Part shown: in pieces, positions 1-10,321 of the stretch
Layout: every line of letters starts with the position of its first letter
How positions within the stretch are numbered: the first letter of the stretch is position 1
Source of the DNA: a virus
DNA length: 64,000 nt
Reading direction: 5' to 3' (one strand)
Virus record (IMG/VR): IMGVR_UViG_3300045988_183451
Made by a program: the position numbers and the translations under genes
Notes under the pieces: generated by a model
The model's input: the letters and a program-made list of their open reading frames with translations, nothing else
The model's database searches: none
What the model was told of the DNA's origin: nothing

Positions 1-420
1 TTTAAAAGCTTTGATGACCCTGAACTTAGAATGTTTTGGGCTAGAATTCAAAAATGGAGAAATATGCAGTCTAAGCCATTAGAAGAAGATGTTATTCCTA
101 TTTTTGTTGTTAATTTAGTTGAGAATGAAAGTACAAATTGTTTAAGAGAAAAAGAAAGCTATACTATTCTTTCTGCAAATATTGTTAATCCTTTACTTTG
201 TTATATCACAAGAGAAGTTCCTACTATGGTTGCTGAAAATATTAAGAATGAACGTGATGAAGTTGTAGGTGGAAATGTTATAAAAATGCTTGTAGCTACT
301 GACTTCTTAACCTTTGAATTAAGAGATGATATTGATATTAATACAATTAAGGCAGAGGAATTAAGAGAAATCGAAGAAAGTAGATTTTTAGATGAAGAAA
401 CATATGGTTCTTCTAATTAA
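1..420 (+). CDS. hypothetical acidic protein, 5' partial (frame open from window start)
   Basis: ORF open from position 1, ends TAA 418-420; next gene has SD taggag before ATG 435. Confidence 0.5.
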   Translation, partial: FKSFDDPELRMFWARIQKWRNMQSKPLEEDVIPIFVVNLVENESTNCLREKESYTILSANIVNPLLCYITREVPTMVAENIKNERDEVVGGNVIKMLVATDFLTFELRDDIDINTIKAEELREIEESRFLDEETYGSSN

Positions 421-434
421 TAGGAGATAAAGAA

Positions 435-3400
435 ATGGATAATGAGAGATTTAAAGCATCTGGAAATAATGGAAAAAATCCAAAAGGTTATAATAATAAT
501 CCTACAAATTCAAGAAATATAGATTTTAAGGCTACAAATAGTAAGAATAACGAAGCTACAAGCAATAATGGACCATCTGCTTCTACTGTTATTAATAAAG
601 CTATTCCTACAAATAATAATTCTAGCACACGTTCTGATGTTACAAATGAATTTGTATTTAATAAAAATAATAATGATAATTCTAATAATACAAATTGCAT
701 TAATAATAATAATGATAGCGGCAAAGGCAATAATGCTTATGATAATATAAAAAATAATGTAAATGATGATTCAAAGATAGGCTTAAATAGCCCTAGTATA
801 GGGACTGATGCAGCACGTACTTATAATGCTGTTAGTAGTACAGTTTATAATATGACTGATGGCAAAATTCGTTTAGGTTCATTACAAGATGGCAGTGAAA
901 GAGGTGGAGCTAGACAAGTTTTAGCTGAAACTGTTTATAATTACACAACACAGGGAGCTAGAGATAGAGAAAATAACAGTGTTTATGACAATAAGGTGCG
1001 ATATAATAAAACAATGGCAGTAATGTCTCTGGTTTGTCATACTTCAAGAGAAAATATAATTGCTGATGCTTATGATAAGATTGATTGGAATGATAAAGCT
1101 ACTTTTGACCATATGGAAAGAATGGGTGTTGTTTCTACTAAAGACCAGAATTATATTAATAATTTATGGAAATCTCCTATTGAGCTTGTAGATGATAATG
1201 GAAATGTTTTAAAGACAAAAGAGGGAGATACTATCACTTTAGATAAACTAGCTTCAAAAATACCTATAGACTACAAAAATGAATTTTACGCTACTGGTAA
1301 AATAAGATACGAAGAAGATGGAAAATCATATTTACTTCATATAAAAGGAAGAGACCCATCAGAAGTAAGAGAAGCTTATAATGCTGCAAAAATGGAACAG
1401 TACAAGAATAAAAATGCAATAAAAGCAACATCTTATAAGGATAAAGAGCGAATTTTAGCAAGTATTAAAAGCAAACAGATTAATTATTTAAAGAAAAAAA
1501 GCTACACTGGTAAATTTGATGGAACAATAGAAACGGCCAACAAAGAAGTAAAGGAACTTGATAAGCGAATATCAGATATTGAAAAGAAAATAGCATCGGC
1601 TAATAATCCTACTGATGAAGAAAATTTTATGAAGCAATTATCTGAATTAAAAGAAGATAAAGCAGATTATGCTACGTTTTTAAAGACAGGAGCTAAATCT
1701 GAAAGAAGCGGTAATGCTGAAAACAGAAGGTCTTATGGTAAGGTTATTGTTGAACAAAATATATTAGGGGATGATTTTTATAGAGGAACTCAATTTGTAA
1801 AAAATAGCAAAAAAGCAATTACTGCAACAGCAAGATTAGCCGTAAAGACAACAACAAAAGCAAGTGCTGGAATTATGACAGCGGCAACAGCTATCCCTAG
1901 AAAAGTAAGTCCTAATTCAAAAGCTGGATTAATAGCAGATAATTTAAATACTAAAGCTCATAATGCTAAAGATACTATAAATGAAAAAGTAAGATATAAG
2001 ACTAAAGACGAAAAAAAGCAAATAAAGCAAAATAAAAAGATAGAAAATAAAGCTAAGGTTTATAAGAAAAGAGAAGAAAGAACCGTTAAAATAGAAGACC
2101 ATATAAATAAGCTTACTTCTGGCAATTTAAGTAAAAGAGAATTAAAAAAATTAGATAATTATGAATCTCAATTAAAAAATGGGTTTTCACTTACTGATAG
2201 TGCCAAAAAGAATTATGCAGAATTACTAAAAAAACAAAAAGATGGTACTTTAACAACTAAAAATAAAAGAAATTTAAAAATTAGCAAAAAATTACAAAAA
2301 GCTAATTATATAAATAATAATAAAGCCATTGTAGCAAAAGCACAATTTAACAAGCTTAAAGCAAAAGTTGGAAATACAGGCTTGGGGAAAAAAGCAACAT
2401 CTGGAATGCAAAAATTTAAAAATTCAAAAGCAGGGCAGGTTCTTTCTAATGTTGGAGACAAGATAGGTAAAGGGTTTAAGACATTGAACAATAAGGTTAA
2501 AAGCTTTCATCCTGTAAGAAGATTATCCAAAATAAAACAGGATATACTTAAACCTTTTAATTTATTAAAAAAATGGCTTTTAAAAATATTAGGAACGTTA
2601 TTGGCTTACTATTTATTTATGATTGGGTTAGCATTTGTGTTTTTAATACCAATAATGGCATTAGGCTCATTTTTTGATGCTCTACCTAGTTCAAAAATCT
2701 CAAATGAACTAGCACAAATAAATTATGTACAGGTTATTGTTAATGATACCGCAAATACACTTGGAAAACAGCTAACAAAAACAGCAATAAAAGATGCAGA
2801 AACTCACTTTTTGTCTGAAGAAGGGGCTGTTGAAAGTAGAAAATATGCTTGGAAAAAAGCTGTATCTGAAGGTAGTATAAAACATATTTGGGCCACGGAA
2901 GATTTAGATAAAGAGGTATGGGATAGGACTGAATTATCAGGTGTATCTGCCAATTTACTTCCTATTACGAGTATGATGCATTATAGGTATAATCAATCAA
3001 TAGATTTTGATAACTATTTAACAGCAAAAGCTTATATTTATTTTATGTATGTGAGGTCACATAGTACCGCAGCAGATGAATATGGGAATGTATATAGTTA
3101 TGATACATTAGCTGATTGTCCTGATGATAGCGTGTATGTTACGAAACCTACATATAATACCGATACTTCTGCTGTTGATAGAGGAACGGAAGGTTGTACT
3201 AATCTTTATATACACGGATATTCTGCTAATTATAATAAAGCTATTAATAAAGCAAGAGCTGGATTAGGCGATTTCTTAAATTTAGTTCAAGGCGCATTAG
3301 GTATCGGTCATCCAGATGGGTCTAATGAAGACAATGGTGTATTTATTGATAAGAAACCTTATGATAGTAAAGGTGAATGTGACAACTATGAGGCTTTTCA

Positions 3401-5213
3401 AGCTGGCGTAGGAGATGATTATACAAATTGTGGTAAAAAAGAACATGACCATAAAAAAGAAGGATGTCCTGAAGCTTGGTTTGATAGTGATGGAAATGAA
3501 TGTACAAAAGAAGAACATAATCATGAGCAAGATGGCTGTACGAAAGCCTGGTTCACAACAGATGGAGATAAATGTGACATTGAAGAACATATCCATAATG
3601 ATGATTGTTATGAATGGTATCAAGAATTTTTAGGCTATAATGATGAAACGCATGAAGAAAGTTCTGATTGTTATGAAACACAATGGCTACCGACAAAGAC
3701 AAGAGTATATTTCAAGGATTGTGCTTATAATAATAATATTTTGTTAGATTATGACGAATATCATAATAGCGATGAGGACGAATATTATTGTGAAGATTGT
3801 GATGAATACCATACAGTAGACCATATATTTGATGGATTTTATGAATGGATTGATGTAATGATATGTAACGGACATCACGAACATAATGAAAACTGTGAAG
3901 TTTACAGCGACCCTGTTCGAGGTGATTTAATTTGTGGATATGATTATGAACATAGTCATGAAGATTCAGGTGAAAATTTCACTTGGGATTGTGATAAGGA
4001 AGAACATAACCATAGTGAAGCAGGAGAAGAATATACTTGGGCTTGTGGTATTGAAGGACATATACATGACCCTTGGGTATCAGAAGATAATCCAGGATGT
4101 TTCAAAACAGCTTATGTATGTATGGGTCATTGTGGCGGACATATTTCACCTACTATAAATTTATCAGAAGATATGACTTATGATACATTATGTTTTGAAG
4201 ATAATTTTAAAACACCTTTGCTATTAAGTAATACGGATTTTGCTATCTCAAATATAAGAGAAACTTATAAGACAATAGATGCATGGCAAAATCATTGGAT
4301 TGAAGCAGCTAATTCGTGGTTTTATCTACCAATAAGAAGTCCAATACAAGCTATTGAATGGAAAAATACAAAATTATTTACATCTTCATTATCAATACTT
4401 AACTGGATTAAAAATAAAGCTAGTGGAAGTAGTGATTACTCTTATGTAAATGAGGATGCTTATAAAATGCAAGATAAAGATTATTTTGAATTTGATGGTT
4501 GGACTGATGAACAATCAGATGGTAATTGGGTAATTAAAAAGGACGTTTTACAAGATTTAAAAGACCTTTATGGAGATTACTATGAGGATAATTACCAAAA
4601 TGGTATAGATAATTGGAAATCATTTGAAGTAACATTTCCTTCTGCTATTAATGAGTGTTTAAATGACAAACAAGTATCTGATACTTTAAAAAACATTCAG
4701 ACAAGTAATAATTTGACTTTATCTGAAAAGCAAAAAGCTATTCTTGAAAAAGGCTTACGTTCAGTAGGTAAGTTTTATTATTCTGAAAGTAAAAACAGTC
4801 CTAATGCTCATAAGAATGCTGTATATTCAGATACAATAGGTGGTCCAGCGGATGCTTCAGGCTTTTTAATAGGTACTTATCGAAGAGGTACAATTAATGT
4901 TAATGGATATTATGGGTTATTAGATGAAAATACTAATTTTTATAGTGAAGGTTATTCAGGCAGTGATTGGAAGGTTGGAGATATTGTTAGTTCGGCAGAT
5001 GGTAAATGTGCTATGTATTTAGGATATTTAAAGAATGGTATTGATGATTATTCTATACTTACAATGAAATTTAAGAGTCCTGATAAAAACCAAAATAAGA
5101 CAGGTATATATATACTTGAATGTTCTAAAGATTATGGTGGAGTAGTTGTAAGAAAAGTAACAATGAGTGAGCTTCAATCAACTTATCCTCATATTTATAG
5201 ACCGTCTTATTAA
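435..5213 (+). CDS. giant 1592-aa protein: Asn-rich N-terminus, K/E-rich coiled-coil region, central TM segment, C-terminal Cys/His-rich EEHxH repeats; possible tape-measure-like or surface/virion protein
   Basis: Long uninterrupted ORF with SD (taggagataaagaaATG); TM stretch LLKILGTLLAYYLFMIGLAFVFLIPIMALGSFF around nt 2580-2680; tandem repeats C-x-(K/E)EEHxH..GC.(E/K)AWF.(S/T)DG..C at about nt 3426-3620. Confidence 0.65.
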   Translation: MDNERFKASGNNGKNPKGYNNNPTNSRNIDFKATNSKNNEATSNNGPSASTVINKAIPTNNNSSTRSDVTNEFVFNKNNNDNSNNTNCINNNNDSGKGNNAYDNIKNNVNDDSKIGLNSPSIGTDAARTYNAVSSTVYNMTDGKIRLGSLQDGSERGGARQVLAETVYNYTTQGARDRENNSVYDNKVRYNKTMAVMSLVCHTSRENIIADAYDKIDWNDKATFDHMERMGVVSTKDQNYINNLWKSPIELVDDNGNVLKTKEGDTITLDKLASKIPIDYKNEFYATGKIRYEEDGKSYLLHIKGRDPSEVREAYNAAKMEQYKNKNAIKATSYKDKERILASIKSKQINYLKKKSYTGKFDGTIETANKEVKELDKRISDIEKKIASANNPTDEENFMKQLSELKEDKADYATFLKTGAKSERSGNAENRRSYGKVIVEQNILGDDFYRGTQFVKNSKKAITATARLAVKTTTKASAGIMTAATAIPRKVSPNSKAGLIADNLNTKAHNAKDTINEKVRYKTKDEKKQIKQNKKIENKAKVYKKREERTVKIEDHINKLTSGNLSKRELKKLDNYESQLKNGFSLTDSAKKNYAELLKKQKDGTLTTKNKRNLKISKKLQKANYINNNKAIVAKAQFNKLKAKVGNTGLGKKATSGMQKFKNSKAGQVLSNVGDKIGKGFKTLNNKVKSFHPVRRLSKIKQDILKPFNLLKKWLLKILGTLLAYYLFMIGLAFVFLIPIMALGSFFDALPSSKISNELAQINYVQVIVNDTANTLGKQLTKTAIKDAETHFLSEEGAVESRKYAWKKAVSEGSIKHIWATEDLDKEVWDRTELSGVSANLLPITSMMHYRYNQSIDFDNYLTAKAYIYFMYVRSHSTAADEYGNVYSYDTLADCPDDSVYVTKPTYNTDTSAVDRGTEGCTNLYIHGYSANYNKAINKARAGLGDFLNLVQGALGIGHPDGSNEDNGVFIDKKPYDSKGECDNYEAFQAGVGDDYTNCGKKEHDHKKEGCPEAWFDSDGNECTKEEHNHEQDGCTKAWFTTDGDKCDIEEHIHNDDCYEWYQEFLGYNDETHEESSDCYETQWLPTKTRVYFKDCAYNNNILLDYDEYHNSDEDEYYCEDCDEYHTVDHIFDGFYEWIDVMICNGHHEHNENCEVYSDPVRGDLICGYDYEHSHEDSGENFTWDCDKEEHNHSEAGEEYTWACGIEGHIHDPWVSEDNPGCFKTAYVCMGHCGGHISPTINLSEDMTYDTLCFEDNFKTPLLLSNTDFAISNIRETYKTIDAWQNHWIEAANSWFYLPIRSPIQAIEWKNTKLFTSSLSILNWIKNKASGSSDYSYVNEDAYKMQDKDYFEFDGWTDEQSDGNWVIKKDVLQDLKDLYGDYYEDNYQNGIDNWKSFEVTFPSAINECLNDKQVSDTLKNIQTSNNLTLSEKQKAILEKGLRSVGKFYYSESKNSPNAHKNAVYSDTIGGPADASGFLIGTYRRGTINVNGYYGLLDENTNFYSEGYSGSDWKVGDIVSSADGKCAMYLGYLKNGIDDYSILTMKFKSPDKNQNKTGIYILECSKDYGGVVVRKVTMSELQSTYPHIYRPSY

Positions 5214-5231
5214 ATTTAAAATTATTAAAGG

Positions 5232-5262
5232 GAACTGTTTGTAAAAAGCAGTTCTCTTTTTT
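5232..5262 (+). terminator. rho-independent terminator
   Basis: gaactg...cagttc hairpin followed by T-run, directly after stop at 5213. Confidence 0.55.
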
Positions 5263-5283
5263 GTTATTTTTTTTGAAATTCTT

Positions 5284-5293
5284 ACACTATTAT
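5284..5293 (+). promoter_or_regulatory. conserved ACACTATTAT promoter-like motif
   Basis: cttACACTATTATataagga, about 95 nt upstream of ATG 5389. Confidence 0.4.
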
Positions 5294-5388
5294 ATAAGGA
5301 TAATATTTTTGATTTTTAATTGCATAAAAAAAATTTTATAAAAAGAATGATTTATTAATTTTTGTATGTTATAATGGAGGAAAAGTTT

Positions 5389-6216
5389 ATGTTAGGAAGT
5401 TGGGAGACTAAGCTTAATAAAAAATATATAAAAGAGGTCAATATGAATTTAGATACAATATTCAATAAGATTAATAAAAAAAACAAAATATTTTCATTAA
5501 ATCCTAATTTTTCTACTATTAGATATATAAATGAAGAAGAGTACAACAATGAAATATATGAATATGTCGAACCTATTTTTTATGAAGAAGGTGGTTCAGA
5601 ATATAAAGAAAATAGTCCAAAGTTTATAATAATTTCTGCACCAGGAGCTACAGGGAAAACAGCTTTAGCTAAACATATTTGTTACACATATAATGGAATA
5701 TATTGGGATTTACCAGATACAAAAGTAGCGGAATATAGTTTTCAGGGAACAATTATGCAGGCTGTAGGAAGTGACAAGATAAGTTCTTTTATTCAAAGTT
5801 TAGTTGAAGGCTCTAGTTTTTTAGTAGTTGATGCTTTTGATGAAGCTGAAACTGGTTCTGGAAGAACTGGAATAGAATTCTTTTTAAGGGATTTTAATAA
5901 TATTACAGTCAATAATAAAGATATTTGTGCTGTTTTATTAGCAAGAACAGAGAGTGCCTTATTTATAAAAAAATATTTTGAAGACAACAATGTTGCTTAC
6001 AATCATTATGAAGTAAGTTATTTTGAAGAAGCTAATGCAAAAACATATATAAAAAATGGGTTAAAAAAGCGTAATATTCCGATTACTGATATTGTAGATG
6101 AATGTATAGAAGCTCAATTTAAAGAGATAAAAAGAATTTTAATGAATAAAAATACAAGTTCTTTTTTAGGTTATGCCCCTGTATTAAATGCTTTATCAAC
6201 ATCATATGATGAATAA
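5389..6216 (+). CDS. P-loop NTPase (Walker A GATGKT, Walker B VVDAFDE)
   Basis: IIISAPGATGKTALAKHI and FLVVDAFDEAE motifs; GGAGG SD 8 nt upstream of ATG 5389 (ORF-track TTG at 5362 less likely). Confidence 0.6.
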   Translation: MLGSWETKLNKKYIKEVNMNLDTIFNKINKKNKIFSLNPNFSTIRYINEEEYNNEIYEYVEPIFYEEGGSEYKENSPKFIIISAPGATGKTALAKHICYTYNGIYWDLPDTKVAEYSFQGTIMQAVGSDKISSFIQSLVEGSSFLVVDAFDEAETGSGRTGIEFFLRDFNNITVNNKDICAVLLARTESALFIKKYFEDNNVAYNHYEVSYFEEANAKTYIKNGLKKRNIPITDIVDECIEAQFKEIKRILMNKNTSSFLGYAPVLNALSTSYDE

Positions 6217-6225
6217 AGAAATACG

Positions 6226-7524
6226 TTGAATTTATTAAAAAATACTTCAAATTCTGAAAATAATTGTAGTTTATTAAAGAAAATAATGGATTGTTTATTA
6301 ATAAGAGAACGTGAAAAATTTATTAGGTCTTTGAAAATAAAATTACCGAATATTGCAAATTTTTCAGATGACATTTATTCACCAAAAGAACAGATTTTGA
6401 GAATTTTTGGTCAGATTATGTATAATGATAGTACATTTTTTATTGATACGAACTCATATAAGAGTATTCCTTCACAGTATTATGATGAATACTTAGAAGC
6501 TATCAATGCTCAATTACCTCAGCATCCATTTATAAAATGTAAAGGTGATAGTGATATAAGATATGATTTTACAGGTATAGTATTTAGTGATTATGTTGTA
6601 TCTAATATATTATCATTAGAAGATTTTAAAGATTTTGCAAGAGAATATATTTCTGATAAGAAATATAACCCTTCGCCATTATTAATAGAATTTTATAGTA
6701 TTTTTTCAAATAATAGTGTTTCTGGAAAAGATATTGCTCTTATGTATAATTCATTAAAAGCTCATACCCAGACAGGAGATAAATCATTAATTTATATCAA
6801 TGGAGATAAAGAAGAATGTTCTGTTGAGTTTGTTCTTGAAAGAGATAATAAGAAATATCTTTTAATAGAGTTTATGCTTAATGATATAAAAGAAGGTATT
6901 TATATAAATCAGTTGTCTAATTGTTATATAGACGTAGAAGCTGATGTTTATATAGGTACAGCAGATGGTGAAGCCCGTATATATAATTCAACAATTAATT
7001 GTAGTAAAATAGTATGGTGTGGTAATTTTGTATCAATAGAGGCATATTCTCCGGGAGAATGTTCATTAACTTGTAATGAAATGATGTATATTACACAAAA
7101 TATTCCTAAATTTGAAATAAAGATAGACGATAGTAAGAATTTTAAAGTTTATTGCGACTCTTTAAAAGGATATTTTAAGCTTTTACCATATTATGCAAAA
7201 GAAATTAATAATGATGATGCAGATGATTTTATTGTATTTTCAAATGTCGTTAGAAGAATTTTTAGTTGTTTACGGTCACATAGTAAAGATGCTCCAGCAA
7301 GAAAAATGGACTTTATTAATAACAGAATTATAAATAAAAATGAGAAAAAAGAAAAAATTTTGAATTTTCTTTTGGAACGAAATATTTTATATACAGATGA
7401 ACAGGATTGGCTATATAAATTAAAAACAGATGAATTATCAACATATTCTATAAAATGGAATAGTGTTCGTGAAGGAGACTTTAATTCCTTAAAAATATTA
7501 TATAACGAATATATAACAATATAA
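6226..7524 (+). CDS. hypothetical protein; same frame as the upstream ATPase ORF, separated only by TAA 6214-6216 (possibly one interrupted gene)
   Basis: ORF track TTG start, no convincing SD; frame identity with 5389..6216. Confidence 0.4.
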   Translation: MNLLKNTSNSENNCSLLKKIMDCLLIREREKFIRSLKIKLPNIANFSDDIYSPKEQILRIFGQIMYNDSTFFIDTNSYKSIPSQYYDEYLEAINAQLPQHPFIKCKGDSDIRYDFTGIVFSDYVVSNILSLEDFKDFAREYISDKKYNPSPLLIEFYSIFSNNSVSGKDIALMYNSLKAHTQTGDKSLIYINGDKEECSVEFVLERDNKKYLLIEFMLNDIKEGIYINQLSNCYIDVEADVYIGTADGEARIYNSTINCSKIVWCGNFVSIEAYSPGECSLTCNEMMYITQNIPKFEIKIDDSKNFKVYCDSLKGYFKLLPYYAKEINNDDADDFIVFSNVVRRIFSCLRSHSKDAPARKMDFINNRIINKNEKKEKILNFLLERNILYTDEQDWLYKLKTDELSTYSIKWNSVREGDFNSLKILYNEYITI

Positions 7525-7532
7525 ACATATAA

Positions 7533-7572
7533 ACAGCTACTACAAATAAAAGTGGCTGTTTATTTTTTTATT
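7533..7572 (+). terminator. rho-independent terminator
   Basis: acagctac...gtggctgt stem (one G-U) then tttatttttttattt. Confidence 0.55.
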
Positions 7573-7614
7573 TATTTTAAGTATAAAAAATAATCATTTT
7601 TTTAAAAGAAATTC

Positions 7615-7624
7615 ACACTATTAT
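7615..7624 (+). promoter_or_regulatory. conserved ACACTATTAT promoter-like motif
   Basis: attcACACTATTATagatag, 46 nt upstream of ATG 7670. Confidence 0.45.
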
Positions 7625-7669
7625 AGATAGTTTTATATAAACAATATAAAAGATGTGAAAGGTAAAAAA

Positions 7670-9274
7670 ATGGATATTTTAGAAATAAAAGAAAATAATA
7701 AAAAAATAAAAGAGATTGATAATTTAATTAACACCTATTCATTAAGTAAAGATTTAGGAATACGTCTTTATTACGTTCCTGATAAATACTCAAATGATGA
7801 TAAAGATTATATTGCAATGAAGGTAAATGATAATTTCTATAAAATACCTATGGTAAGATATAATGAAAATCCACTATATTTATTAAATATTATTACAAGA
7901 GATATTTGCAATATTCATTTATTAGAAGAGCTTACAGACACTAAGGTTATAAATGCAATTATAAGTATTTATAAAAAACAAGAATCGTTGTATGATGCTT
8001 TACAATATAAAAAGTGTGAAAGAGATTTGAGTGAAATTAAAGATATATTAGATGATGTTTTAGAACATATCACATTGCCAGCAAGAAGTAATAAAGATGG
8101 TTTTTACGATAGAGAAAAAATAGATGCTATTAAAAGTTATATATCTAAGAATAGTGTTTTTAAACCAGTTTATGAAAACGAACATTGTATTATATTTGGA
8201 AAAAGAATGCCTAAAGATACTGAAAATATATTAGTAAGTAGCCATTCAGATATTGTAAAAGGGATAACTGAAGTAAGTAGTAAATATAAGGATGGATTTT
8301 ATCATGGTACTTATGATAATTTGGGAACTAATGCAGCTTCTGTATGTATTATGTGTATGGATGGGAATAATTTGCCAGACAATGTATTTTTTGCTTTTAC
8401 TGCTGATGAAGAAACAGGTAGATGTTTAGGTGCTAAATCTGCTTATCAATTTATAGATAGAAATTCAAAATATCCAACATTATGTGTATCTTTAGATGTA
8501 ACGGATGAAGGATATGATAATAATAAATTGTGTTCAATAGAAGGACTACATGCTGATAATGATATTAAAAGTAAAATCGCAGATAGTATGATGATAACTG
8601 AAGGAGAAGAACAATCATTTTGTGTTATAAAAGCAAAACACAAAGATAATTCTCCTTTTAATAAAGATTATATTGATGGAAATTATACTGTTTTTGATGA
8701 AGGTGTTTATTATGGTCAGACTTTAAACCAAAATGCATTAAGCTTTTGTTTACCTTCTGATGGAAGTATGCATAGTAATTCAGGATTAGATGTAAAAGAA
8801 GGTGTGTTTATAGGATATATTTTGTCTCTTAATACTTTTATACATGAATACACTAATACTAAAAACTTTGAAATTGAAGATATAAAAGAATATAAAGACT
8901 ATCTTGTAAATAAAGCAAAAGAAACTAAGAAAGTCTATGCTTTTGCTAATCCTAATTATAGACCTGATTTTAATTATGCGCTAGATGATTATGATTATTA
9001 TGAAGAAGATGAAGATTCATATATGGACTCTTTTAGTATTGCTGAATTATATGGTATTGATTTAGATGAAAAAGGGAAAATACCTTCAGATAATATACCA
9101 TATGAATTAGAATCAACATTATCAGAACTTGCAGAAGGATATGATGCAACTGAAATATATGAATATTTAGCAGATATGGATTGTGAATTTGGGGGAATTG
9201 TACCTGAAGAAGTTTTAGTTCCGATTTTTAATAAGTGTCACGAACAGGAAGAGGAATTAGATTATACATCTTAA
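7670..9274 (+). CDS. protein with M42/M20-family metallopeptidase-like metal-binding motifs, acidic C-terminus
   Basis: HSDIV ... YDNLGTNAA ... DEETGRCLGAKSA resemble the HxD / D / EE metal ligands of M42/M20/M28 peptidases; ATG 7670 preferred over track GTG 7655. Confidence 0.5.
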   Translation: MDILEIKENNKKIKEIDNLINTYSLSKDLGIRLYYVPDKYSNDDKDYIAMKVNDNFYKIPMVRYNENPLYLLNIITRDICNIHLLEELTDTKVINAIISIYKKQESLYDALQYKKCERDLSEIKDILDDVLEHITLPARSNKDGFYDREKIDAIKSYISKNSVFKPVYENEHCIIFGKRMPKDTENILVSSHSDIVKGITEVSSKYKDGFYHGTYDNLGTNAASVCIMCMDGNNLPDNVFFAFTADEETGRCLGAKSAYQFIDRNSKYPTLCVSLDVTDEGYDNNKLCSIEGLHADNDIKSKIADSMMITEGEEQSFCVIKAKHKDNSPFNKDYIDGNYTVFDEGVYYGQTLNQNALSFCLPSDGSMHSNSGLDVKEGVFIGYILSLNTFIHEYTNTKNFEIEDIKEYKDYLVNKAKETKKVYAFANPNYRPDFNYALDDYDYYEEDEDSYMDSFSIAELYGIDLDEKGKIPSDNIPYELESTLSELAEGYDATEIYEYLADMDCEFGGIVPEEVLVPIFNKCHEQEEELDYTS

Positions 9275-9335
9275 TATAATAAAAAAATAATATTTTATAA
9301 GATATAAATAAAAACACCTTAAATAATATTAGAAA

Positions 9336-9345
9336 ACACTATTAT
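9336..9345 (+). promoter_or_regulatory. conserved ACACTATTAT promoter-like motif
   Basis: agaaaACACTATTATtatttgaggtga, 20 nt upstream of ATG 9365. Confidence 0.45.
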
Positions 9346-9364
9346 TATTTGAGGTGATTTTTTT

Positions 9365-10240
9365 ATGAGAAAAATAATAAGTAGTTTTGCACAATTATCT
9401 ATTCTGTTATGCTTTATTGTAATTTGTAGTTCAAATAAAATAAATGTATATGCATCAGATGATACACCAACAGTAACACTTGATGCAGGACACGATAGTT
9501 TTCATACAGGGGCTAGTGCTAATAACTTAAATGAAGAAAAACTTAATCTTATAATTACAAATTATTGTAGAGATTATTTAGAGAATAATTCAACAATCAA
9601 GGTCTTTTTATCAAGAGAAAATTTTAATTGTCCTTATCCTGATACACCCTATAAAGATTGCAATTATGAAAGATTAATGAAAGCTAAAGCGTTAGAAACA
9701 GACCTTTTTTATAGTATACATTGTAATTATAACCCTCATAATACTTTAAATGGAGCTAGTGTTATAATTCCTAATACTAATTATAAATCTATTTTTAATA
9801 CAAAAGGATTAAAGATAGCTGATGTCATTAAAACAAATTATGAAAATATTTTACCTGTAACAGAAATCTATACAAGAGATTCAGATGAAGATGAAGAAAC
9901 AATAGATAACTTTTATCCAGATGAAACAAGAGCTGATTATTATAATGTAAATAGAACAAGCAAATATAATGATTTTTTAGGAATTATTGTTGAACACGGA
10001 TTTCTTTCAAACAGTAATGATGCAAATATATTAAGTAATACAGATATGCTAAAGCAATTAGGAGAAGCAGATGCAAAATCTATAATCGAATATTTTGAAA
10101 GTGAAGGTTATGATTGTAGAAAAGAATATATAAAAGATGATAAATCTTTAAAAGAAAATATAATTAATGTTAAGAAAATTTTAATAAAGACTAAAAATCC
10201 TAGTATTACGAAATTTAAATATTTATTAAGTAAAAGATAA
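9365..10240 (+). CDS. secreted N-acetylmuramoyl-L-alanine amidase (Amidase_3 / MurNAc-LAA domain)
   Basis: Signal peptide MRKIISSFAQLSILLCFIVICSSNKINVYA; motifs TLDAGHD, IHCNYN, IVEHGFLSNSNDANIL typical of the Amidase_3 family. Confidence 0.6.
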   Translation: MRKIISSFAQLSILLCFIVICSSNKINVYASDDTPTVTLDAGHDSFHTGASANNLNEEKLNLIITNYCRDYLENNSTIKVFLSRENFNCPYPDTPYKDCNYERLMKAKALETDLFYSIHCNYNPHNTLNGASVIIPNTNYKSIFNTKGLKIADVIKTNYENILPVTEIYTRDSDEDEETIDNFYPDETRADYYNVNRTSKYNDFLGIIVEHGFLSNSNDANILSNTDMLKQLGEADAKSIIEYFESEGYDCRKEYIKDDKSLKENIINVKKILIKTKNPSITKFKYLLSKR

Positions 10241-10272
10241 GGATATTTATTGAGTTTTTTTCTAACATTTGT

Positions 10273-10282
10273 ACACTATTAT
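10273..10282 (+). promoter_or_regulatory. conserved ACACTATTAT promoter-like motif
   Basis: gtACACTATTATtatagatata, 40 nt upstream of ATG 10322. Confidence 0.45.
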
Positions 10283-10321
10283 TATAGATATATATTACAA
10301 TCATAAAAAGGAGTAAAAATA

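Noticed and set aside
488-3623. Minus-strand ORFs 488..730, 2306..2491, 3297..3623 and others embedded in plus-strand genes
   Set aside because: They are antisense to long well-supported plus-strand genes, have low-complexity hydrophobic translations and no SD. The same applies to 52271..52666, 53260..53976, 58850..59110 and similar entries in the track.
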